From a bacterium (lineage in GTDB: Bacteria > Patescibacteriota > Minisyncoccia > Phycocordibacterales > UBA2100): DNA of 64,000 bases. Below are positions 28,679 through 36,306 of the stretch, one piece after another; the stretch's first letter is position 1; each line of letters begins with the position of its first letter. The notes below the pieces were generated by a model. That model did no database searches, had not been told where the DNA came from, and saw only the letters and a list, made by a program, of their open reading frames with translations. A program made the position numbers and the translations under genes. Location of the stretch: NCBI GenBank assembly GCA_030648265.1, contig JAUSHX010000013.1, positions 3,030 through 67,029 of the forward strand, in the 5' to 3' direction.

Positions 28679-28725
28679 GCTTGTAACTATACAATGCCAT
28701 GTTGGATTTCGCCACTACGTTTATT

Positions 28726-28761
28726 CCTTATATGCTTATTCGCGCGAATAAGCATATAAGG
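28726..28761. promoter_or_regulatory. Perfect 36-bp palindrome, second copy (upstream flank of hicB-like gene)
   Basis: Identical to 28362-28397. Confidence 0.8.
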
Positions 28762-28773
28762 AGTTATAACATT

Positions 28774-29859
28774 TCACGAGTTTTGCGCCTTGTTGCGCAG
28801 ATAGTGATCCATGATGACCAGCGCGGACATCGCGTCCACTATCGGAATCGCTCGCGGAAGGACGCACGGGTCGTGGCGGCCGGAGGCTTCTAGCTTGGTT
28901 GCCTCGCCTCCTTTTTTCACCGTGTCTTGCTCTTTCTTGATGGTTGAAACCGGCTTGAATACAACGCGGAAGTGAATTGTTTCCCCGCTTGAAATCCCGC
29001 CAATCGTACCGCCCGCGTTGTTCGTCTTTGTGTGTATTGTGCCATCCTTATCGGTGTAGAACGGGTCATTGTGTTCGCTCCCGCGCATGCCGACGCTCCG
29101 GAAGCCGAGCCCAATATCAAATCCCTTGACCGCATTGATTGAAAGCATCGCTTTCCCAAGGTCTGCATTGAGTTTATCAAACACCGGCTCGCCCAAACCA
29201 ACCGGGACATTCCGTATGACGCCTCTCACGACCCCGCCCACAGAATCGCCCTCAGATTTCACCTTTTCAACAAGCGCAATCATTTTTTCTGCCGATTTCT
29301 GGTCTGGGCAGCGGATGATATTTGATTCCACATCTTTCGCCGTGACCGTATTAAAATCCACGTCCGCGTGTATATCGCCGACTTGGTCCACGTAGCTGAT
29401 GATTTCTATGCCCAGCTTCTCTTTAAGGTATTTCTGCGCAATCGCACCCGCGGCGACGCGCGCAAGCGTCTCTCGCGCGGAAGCGCGCCCGGACCCCCTC
29501 CAGTCGCGGGCACCGTACTTCGCCTCGTAGGTGAAATCGGCATGCGACGGGCGGTACAAATCTTTGAGAGCCAGATAATCTTCGGGTTTTGTGTCTTCAT
29601 TGAGCACCATCATGAGAACCGGCGTACCCGTGGTCTTTCCCTCAAAGTAGCCGGAAAGAATATGAATTTTGTCCGCCTCTTTTCGGGGAGTCGTTATTTT
29701 ACTTTGCCCCGGGCGCCGCCTATCAAGCGCCACTTGAATTTCCTCCTCCGTTATCTCAATCCCCGGAGGGCACCCATCAACTACAACACCAACAGCCCCG
29801 CCATGCGATTCGCCGAATGTCGTTATCCGAAAGAGTTGTCCGAATGAATTTCCCGCCAT
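28774..29859 (-). CDS. aroC: Chorismate synthase
   Basis: [34 protein letters not shown]. Confidence 0.9.
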   Translation of the reverse strand: MAGNSFGQLFRITTFGESHGGAVGVVVDGCPPGIEITEEEIQVALDRRRPGQSKITTPRKEADKIHILSGYFEGKTTGTPVLMMVLNEDTKPEDYLALKDLYRPSHADFTYEAKYGARDWRGSGRASARETLARVAAGAIAQKYLKEKLGIEIISYVDQVGDIHADVDFNTVTAKDVESNIIRCPDQKSAEKMIALVEKVKSEGDSVGGVVRGVIRNVPVGLGEPVFDKLNADLGKAMLSINAVKGFDIGLGFRSVGMRGSEHNDPFYTDKDGTIHTKTNNAGGTIGGISSGETIHFRVVFKPVSTIKKEQDTVKKGGEATKLEASGRHDPCVLPRAIPIVDAMSALVIMDHYLRNKAQNS

Positions 29860-30028
29860 GTTAGATTTTGTTAACGAATGTAATGAGTTTAGAAAATCTT
29901 ACACCCAGCACCTTTCATGCATATTCTACCACTTAATCTGCGAATACCAGCTGTTGTTTGTGATTTAAATATAGCATCTGCCTAACGTTAAAGGTGCTGG
30001 GTTATAGAAAATATAGTCGCTTTGCTCC
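29860..30028 (-). repeat. Family-1 element, copy 3 (78-nt loop)
   Basis: ...TCTTAC-ACCCAGCACC-[loop]-GGTGCTGGGT-TATAGAAAATATAGTCGCTTTGCTCCTTATTTTC. Confidence 0.85.
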
Positions 30029-31846
30029 TTATTTTCTTATAACAACCCCTCTCTCCTGCAACTTTGCCACTATCTGCTCCACCGCGTGCTCCGGGGGCGC
30101 ACTTTCAGTGTCTATCGTCTCGTCAGCGGCCGCTTCGTAGAGCCCTGCCCTCTCCGCGAGCATTTTTTCCATCTCTTCCTGCGGTGTCGTCCCGGTAGTG
30201 AGTGCCGGCCGGTGAGAATCATCCTCCTCCATTCTGCTCAAAAGTATTTGAAGCGTTGCGCGCAGAAATATACACAGGCCGTTTTTCTTGACCGTCTCAA
30301 TGTTCTCCGAACGCGTGATAATCCCGCCTCCGGTAGAAATGACGGCGCCATTCTGCTCGGACACCTCGCGAATCATGTCGGATTCCAAATCCCTGAAATG
30401 GTCCCATCCAGATTTCTCCACGATATCCTTGATGCTCATGCCCGCTTTTTTTGCAACGAGTGAATCAATATCTTCGCATCTCTTTCCGAGGCGCTTCGCG
30501 AGAAGCCGAGCGACGGTCGTCTTCCCGCTCCCGCGCATGCCAATGAGAACAATGTTCGGGTCGCGCTCTGAAGTTGTGGTTTTAATGCCGATAGAATTCA
30601 ATTTCTCCCAGAACTCAGGAAATGTTTTCGTAACAACGTCAGGATTCCTTATTTCCATTCCTTGCATCTTGGTTCCTAAAACAGCGAATGCCATGGCCAT
30701 CCGGTGGTCCCAGTAGGTGTCTATGACCGCCGGTTTTGGATATCCTCCGTAAATCGTCATCGTGTCGGGGGTAGATTCGGAACGTATGCCCATTTTCGCG
30801 AGCTCTCTCTCAAGCGCCTCAACGCGCTCGGTTTCTTTCACCCGCAAGGAGCCGACTCCGGCAATATGAGTGGTCCCCGATACGCAGGCAGAAAGCGCGG
30901 CAAGCGTTTGAACCTGGTCCGGACAATCTTGCATGTTTATATCAACCGGCTTGATTCCGCGGCCTTGAATCGTTATTTGATTGTCGCCGTACTCAACCTC
31001 GTTCCCCATGTCGGCAAGGATTTTGAGGAATCCCATGTCGGCTTGCACCGATTTCGGGTTCATGTTTTTGAGCGTGATGCGCGATTGTGTAAGTGCGGCG
31101 ATAGCAAAGAAATATGAAGCGCTAGACGCATCACCCTCAACAATGTATTCATCAAGACCGTATTTTTGCCCTGCTGGAACGGCATAGGTGGATGCATCGG
31201 GAACTTCAACCTTCACGCCGAACCGCTTCATTGAATCAATGGTCATGTCAATATACGGCTTTGAGATTTGCTCGCCGATGACCTCAATATTCACTTCGCC
31301 GACCACGGGGGCAATCATGAGAATGGCCGAGAGGAATTGGCTGCTGACGGAGCCGTTCATCGTTATGGTGCCTGGGGTGAGTTTTGAGGAAGAGACGCGC
31401 ACCGGAGGAAATCCTTCTTTTTCAAGATATTCTATTTTTGCTCCGAGCTGGCGGAGAGCATTTACAAGGTCCCCGATTGGACGCTCATTCAAACGCCCCT
31501 CTCCCTGAATCGTCTTCTCTCCGGCAACAATGGAGGCAAGCGCGAGAATAAATCTGATGGTCGTGCCGGAAAGGTGCGCGTTGAGGTCGTACGAATTGTC
31601 AGCGACTGCGCGAATGTCTCCGGCGACTTCCAAATCGCCACCCTTTGAGACGACCTTGATTCCAAGCGTCTGAAGACAATCAATCATCGCCTTTGTGTCA
31701 TCGCTCACAAGCGGATTCTTTATCCGTACCGTTTTACCGACGAGTGCCGCCATAAGGAGCGCTCTGTTGGTGTAACTCTTGGAACCCGGAACAGAAATAG
31801 TAGCGTCTATGGGTTTCTCAAGCGGAAAAATCTTCGTTGTTTTCAT
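30029..31846 (-). CDS. aroA: Bifunctional EPSP synthase (AroA) fused to C-terminal shikimate kinase (AroK)
   Basis: The N-terminal 430 aa carry EPSP synthase motifs (PGSKSYTNRALL, domain repeats). The C-terminal 170 aa carry NIVLIGMRGSGKTTVARLLAKRLG. Confidence 0.85.
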   Translation of the reverse strand: MKTTKIFPLEKPIDATISVPGSKSYTNRALLMAALVGKTVRIKNPLVSDDTKAMIDCLQTLGIKVVSKGGDLEVAGDIRAVADNSYDLNAHLSGTTIRFILALASIVAGEKTIQGEGRLNERPIGDLVNALRQLGAKIEYLEKEGFPPVRVSSSKLTPGTITMNGSVSSQFLSAILMIAPVVGEVNIEVIGEQISKPYIDMTIDSMKRFGVKVEVPDASTYAVPAGQKYGLDEYIVEGDASSASYFFAIAALTQSRITLKNMNPKSVQADMGFLKILADMGNEVEYGDNQITIQGRGIKPVDINMQDCPDQVQTLAALSACVSGTTHIAGVGSLRVKETERVEALERELAKMGIRSESTPDTMTIYGGYPKPAVIDTYWDHRMAMAFAVLGTKMQGMEIRNPDVVTKTFPEFWEKLNSIGIKTTTSERDPNIVLIGMRGSGKTTVARLLAKRLGKRCEDIDSLVAKKAGMSIKDIVEKSGWDHFRDLESDMIREVSEQNGAVISTGGGIITRSENIETVKKNGLCIFLRATLQILLSRMEEDDSHRPALTTGTTPQEEMEKMLAERAGLYEAAADETIDTESAPPEHAVEQIVAKLQERGVVIRK

Positions 31847-31847
31847 A

Positions 31848-32873
31848 CTATGACTTAGGCGCGAATTTTTGCGTCTCTCTCACCAAACTCTCCAGAGCCT
31901 GCAGAGCCTTACCGCTATCAATAGACTCTTCGGCCAACTCAATTCCTTGTTTGGCATCCCGCGCAAGCCCTGCGCAGTAGAGCGCAAGCCCTGCGTTCAA
32001 TGCGACAATGTCGCGCTTCGGTCCTTTTTCACCGCTTAGAATTGCACGGACGATGCCGGCATTTTCTTCCGCATTTCCCCCACGGAGCGCCGTGACGGGC
32101 GCTTTCTTGAATCCCAGTTTAGCGGGCTCAATAACATACTTTTTCAGGGACCTTCCGGAAATCTCAAACACTTTCGTCTTTGCGCTGATGCTCGCTTCGT
32201 CCATCCCATCATCGCTCGTGATTATTAAAATGTGCGTATATCCGAGTCCGCGCGCAACCTCGGCCAATTCTTTTGCGAGGTCGGCATTTGGAACACCGAC
32301 AAGTTGGCGTTTGGTTCCTGCAGGATTTGAAAAGGGCCCGAGTACATTAAATATAGTCCGGATTTTGAGTTCTCTGCGAACTAGCACCACCTGTTTCATT
32401 GAAGGGTGATAGAGCGGAGCGAACAAAAACACCATGCCGATATTTTTAAATACTTCCTCCGCCTGCGCTGGCGTTAGTTCAATTCGTACTCCGAGAGCTT
32501 CAAGAACATCCGCGCTGCCGCATTTGCTGCTCGCGGCGCGATTTCCATGCTTTGCGATTTTCACTCCGGCACCGGAAGCTACAAAAGCGGCGGCCGTTGA
32601 AATATTGAACGTTCCGGAACCATCGCCTCCCGTGCCGACCACATCAATTGCGTCATCCGCACGCATAGAAACCATTTTCTCGCGCATCGCCTGTATAAGC
32701 CCGCGCACCTCCGCGACGCTCTCTCCCTTCATGCGGAATGCGGTAAGGATCGCAGCAGTCTGAACCGGAGTAATCGCTCCGTCCATCACATCAATAAGAA
32801 ACTGCCGTGCTTCAACAGCCGTCAAATCGTTTTTCTCCACGAGCGTATTCAATATTTCGGTTGCGTTCTTCAT
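31848..32873 (-). CDS. trpD: Anthranilate phosphoribosyltransferase
   Basis: VDVVGTGGDGSGTFNISTAAAFVASGAG, HGNRAASSKCGSADVLEALG. Confidence 0.9.
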   Translation of the reverse strand: MKNATEILNTLVEKNDLTAVEARQFLIDVMDGAITPVQTAAILTAFRMKGESVAEVRGLIQAMREKMVSMRADDAIDVVGTGGDGSGTFNISTAAAFVASGAGVKIAKHGNRAASSKCGSADVLEALGVRIELTPAQAEEVFKNIGMVFLFAPLYHPSMKQVVLVRRELKIRTIFNVLGPFSNPAGTKRQLVGVPNADLAKELAEVARGLGYTHILIITSDDGMDEASISAKTKVFEISGRSLKKYVIEPAKLGFKKAPVTALRGGNAEENAGIVRAILSGEKGPKRDIVALNAGLALYCAGLARDAKQGIELAEESIDSGKALQALESLVRETQKFAPKS

Positions 32874-32890
32874 ATGCTGATTCTAGCCTA

Positions 32891-33496
32891 TTATTTCTGG
32901 CTTAAGAAGTTGGCCAACAGTTGCTTACCTCCCTCGGTTGCGAAAGATTCCGGATGAAACTGAATGCCCTCCATCGGGTATACCTTGTGCCGCAATCCCA
33001 TTATTTCTCCAGTGTCGGGAGAAGTCGCCGTTATCGTGAGAACCTCCGGCAGCGTTTCTTTTTCCGCTACCAACGAATGGTACCGCATAACTTCAAGTTT
33101 CTGTGGGAGCCCGGTAAAAACCCCTCTGCCATCATGTTCTATGATGCTCGTTTTTCCATGCATGGGCTTTTGCGCGCGAATCACATTCCCGCCGAAGTAA
33201 TACGCCATGCCCTGCATTCCCAAGCACACGCCGAGAACGGGCGTTGTCTTTCCTACTGTTTTAAGGACGTCCGCGCATACGCCGAAATACTTATCCTCGC
33301 GCGGGTCGCCGGGCCCCGGGGAAATAATTATCCTGTCGTAGCGGCGTTTTTTTATTCCCGCGAGCGTTATTTCGTCATTCCTCACTACATCAAGAGTGAA
33401 CTTCTCGTGGCTCGCCGAAAGAATCTCCCCCACGTACTGGTAGAGGTTGAACGTGAACGAGTCGTAGTTGTCTATGATAAGGACTTTCATATTCAT
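32891..33496 (-). CDS. trpG: Anthranilate synthase component II (glutamine amidotransferase)
   Basis: VLIIDNYDSFTFNL, GVCLGMQ, HSL..E. Confidence 0.9.
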   Translation of the reverse strand: MNMKVLIIDNYDSFTFNLYQYVGEILSASHEKFTLDVVRNDEITLAGIKKRRYDRIIISPGPGDPREDKYFGVCADVLKTVGKTTPVLGVCLGMQGMAYYFGGNVIRAQKPMHGKTSIIEHDGRGVFTGLPQKLEVMRYHSLVAEKETLPEVLTITATSPDTGEIMGLRHKVYPMEGIQFHPESFATEGGKQLLANFLSQK

Positions 33497-34959
33497 GTTT
33501 GCGAAGCACCGAGGACTTTTTTCATTGCCGCTGATTTGTTTTGGATTTCCACGTATTCCTTCTTCGGTACGGAATCGTACACGATGCCTCCGCTTGTTTG
33601 CGTGTATGCGTCAGTGCCTGCGATAAAAACGGAGCGCAATGCAAGCGCGAACGTGCAATCGCCGTTAAACCCGAAATGTCCGACGCCTCCTCCATAGGGC
33701 CCCCGCGCCTCCTTCTCGTTAGCATCTATTATTTTTATCGTCTCTATCTTTGGCGTACCGCACACCGTTCCCATCGGAAACTGGCTCGCAAAACCGGAAA
33801 ACATATCTTCCTCGGGGCGGATGGTTCCCACCACCTCGCTTGAGATGTGCTGGACATGGCTGAATTTCTTCACGGTCATCAAATCGCGTATCTTTACGGT
33901 CCCGAATTTTGCCACTTTTCCGATGTCATTCCTGTGCAAGTCCACAAGCATATTGTGCTCCGCGCGCTCTTTTTCATCGTTCACGAGCTCGCGGGCTAGC
34001 TCTTGGTCCTCCTTAGGGTTCGCGCCTCGGCGAATCGTTCCCGCGAGCGGGCGCGTCGTCATTTCTCCGTCACGCAAAGAGAACAGGAGCTCAGGGCTCG
34101 CGCCGATGATTTTTTTACTTTGGAATTTAAGATAGTACATAAACGGCGATGGATTGATTTCGCGCAACCGTTCGTAAATCCCGACCGTGTCGCCGGTTAT
34201 CTTATACTTCGTCTTGAACCCGACCTCGCACTGAAACGTTTTTCCTTCTCTGATTTTTTCTTTCACATCCTCAACGATTTTCGCATGTTCCGCTTCCGAA
34301 AGACCTTCGTCTATACACTCCGCACTAAACGGCGCGGCCTCAATTTCTGACGCAATAATTTCTTTTAGAACCGCGCTTCTATCCTCGTCGTAGAAGAAAT
34401 ATGTAAGTTCGCCGGTCAGTTTATCTAGAATAAGTCCGTCCGTGTAAACGCCAAAAAGGAACTGGTCAAATTTTTCGTGCACCTTCACGTTTAGCGAGGG
34501 CTCCATGAGGTTAATCGCCTCGTAACTTAAATATCCAACGAGCCCCCCGTCGTAATTTCTTCCAATGGTGCGCTGCGGCATGATATCGCGCAGTGCGTAG
34601 TACGGATTCGGAACGGAATAGCTTGTGCCGTCAACGGTTAATTTGTTTCCTCTCCCTCCGATTAAATGCGCCGGTTCAAATCCGATTATGGAATAGCGGG
34701 AGAATTTCCCTTCCTCTCCCAACGACTCAAAAATAAAGCATGTGTCAAACCGGCGTTCTATTTTCTTGAACAAATCAAAAAACACTACGCCATCCGCAAG
34801 TTTGACGTATGTTGGCTTCTGCGAGATATGTATTTTCGGTAGGCTCGCCCCGTTAGAAATAGGACGCGCGTCCATAAAAGACGAGTCTTGGTTATGTTTT
34901 TTTGTTGTCATATGTTTTGTTGATGTGTCGCGTCCGCGATTTCTAATGGGGTTTTTCAT
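33493..34959 (-). CDS. trpE: Anthranilate synthase component I
   Basis: Chorismate-binding C-terminal motifs (GGGVGHFGFNGDCTFALALRS). Confidence 0.9.
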   Translation of the reverse strand: MKNPIRNRGRDTSTKHMTTKKHNQDSSFMDARPISNGASLPKIHISQKPTYVKLADGVVFFDLFKKIERRFDTCFIFESLGEEGKFSRYSIIGFEPAHLIGGRGNKLTVDGTSYSVPNPYYALRDIMPQRTIGRNYDGGLVGYLSYEAINLMEPSLNVKVHEKFDQFLFGVYTDGLILDKLTGELTYFFYDEDRSAVLKEIIASEIEAAPFSAECIDEGLSEAEHAKIVEDVKEKIREGKTFQCEVGFKTKYKITGDTVGIYERLREINPSPFMYYLKFQSKKIIGASPELLFSLRDGEMTTRPLAGTIRRGANPKEDQELARELVNDEKERAEHNMLVDLHRNDIGKVAKFGTVKIRDLMTVKKFSHVQHISSEVVGTIRPEEDMFSGFASQFPMGTVCGTPKIETIKIIDANEKEARGPYGGGVGHFGFNGDCTFALALRSVFIAGTDAYTQTSGGIVYDSVPKKEYVEIQNKSAAMKKVLGASQT

Positions 34960-35103
34960 GTTAGGGATTCTTAGCGAGCGATAGCGAGATTAGAAGCTCT
35001 TACACCCTGTTAAATGCGATTCTTCGAGTCGCCCCGCCCTTGGCGGGATTTAACAGGGTTAAGAATATGTAATTCGCTTCGCTCATAACATTTTCTAAAC
35101 AAA
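34960..35103 (-). repeat. Family-1 element, copy 4, with alternative stem ACCCTGTTAAAT/ATTTAACAGGGT
   Basis: Conserved arms (…GAGATTAGAAGCTCTTAC / TTAAGAATATGTAATTCGCTTCGCTCATAAC), but both halves of the stem are replaced by a different complementary pair. Immediately upstream of trpE. Confidence 0.85.
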
Positions 35104-35152
35104 AACCGCCCTTACCGCACAAGTATACCTTGCGCAATAAGGGCGGTTTTCT
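35104..35152. terminator. Bidirectional terminator hairpin AAAACCGCCCTTACCGCACAAGTATACCTTGCGCAATAAGGGCGGTTTT
   Basis: Long GC stem flanked by A-run and T-run. Confidence 0.75.
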
Positions 35153-35377
35153 ACCTCGATTTCTCTCGGTACAAGACGCGGTGCCACCTTAATTCATCCC
35201 GAGACTGTTTAACAATCGAGGGACCTCGTTATTCTTTTACGGAGAATTCCGGACTTCCACTACTGCAGAAATCACCTTCTCACCACATACAAAAGTGATG
35301 AAATCCAGGCCCAATCTCTTGGTCCTCCTTTGGAGGACTAGAGACCTGAACAGCGTTACCTAATCGCGATTGTACCA

Positions 35378-36289
35378 CTAATCGCTATCTTGTCCATGCG
35401 GAAGATTTCCGATTCGAAATACCAGGAAATACGACGGCAATTTGCATAATCCATAGCGGCTAAATACATATCTCTTGCTGCGAATTACTCTTTCTACGGA
35501 TATTCTCTTGTTTTGAAATTGAGCAATTTGTTCAATGGCTCGGCATACAAGTTCGATGTCTTCAACCACTTCAACGCCCTTCGTAATAAAATTAATTTGT
35601 CCTTTATCTGCATCAGAAAGACCGGATGGATTTGAAGGAAACTTGCCCTCCAAGATAATCTTTCCTCCGGGTTGTGTAATCTTTACTACCTCTTCAAGCG
35701 TCTTTCTCTGGTCAGTATCGAAGTCTATAAAATATGATAAAAAGACCAGGTCAAAGTTATTTTCTGGAAAGTGCAACTGCTCAATCCTGCCCGTATACCC
35801 ATGAAAGCCGTCCTCAATGATTATCTTCACGCTGGCCGGGCTCAAGTCAGAACCAAATAACTGATTGTGCTTAATGCCAAATTCGGTATGTAAAAAACGA
35901 AGGAGTTCATTACTACCTGCGCCGACATCAATAATCTTGAGATTTTTCATTTCGTCCGCTGTAATGCCGGTTATTTTTTCAAATTCTTGCCGAAAAAGAA
36001 GCGTGTTTAAGTACATATAATTTGGACGATCCAATCCCCCATATTCAACATCGTACATTGATGCAATGGCCTCGCTTGAGCTAGAACTCATTTTATAGAT
36101 GTGCTTTATCAGTTTTCGCACTGTATATAACCTTCCTATTCGCTTTAGAGCCTCAATTTTAAAGGACCAGAGTTTCCTATTGAAAAGTCCGGACATGCCG
36201 GACAGTGTGTCGATGTATATATATTCCGCTCCAAATGCCTCGGCAAGCTGAAATAATTTCTTGTCTCGCATAATGCCTCCCCCATTCAA
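35378..36289 (-). CDS. Class I SAM-dependent methyltransferase, AT-rich
   Basis: IIDVGAGSNELL (motif I), DLVFLSYFIDF, PGGKIILEG. Confidence 0.6.
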   Translation of the reverse strand: MNGGGIMRDKKLFQLAEAFGAEYIYIDTLSGMSGLFNRKLWSFKIEALKRIGRLYTVRKLIKHIYKMSSSSSEAIASMYDVEYGGLDRPNYMYLNTLLFRQEFEKITGITADEMKNLKIIDVGAGSNELLRFLHTEFGIKHNQLFGSDLSPASVKIIIEDGFHGYTGRIEQLHFPENNFDLVFLSYFIDFDTDQRKTLEEVVKITQPGGKIILEGKFPSNPSGLSDADKGQINFITKGVEVVEDIELVCRAIEQIAQFQNKRISVERVIRSKRYVFSRYGLCKLPSYFLVFRIGNLPHGQDSD

Positions 36290-36306
36290 TGAGCGGATCC
36301 CGTTAT

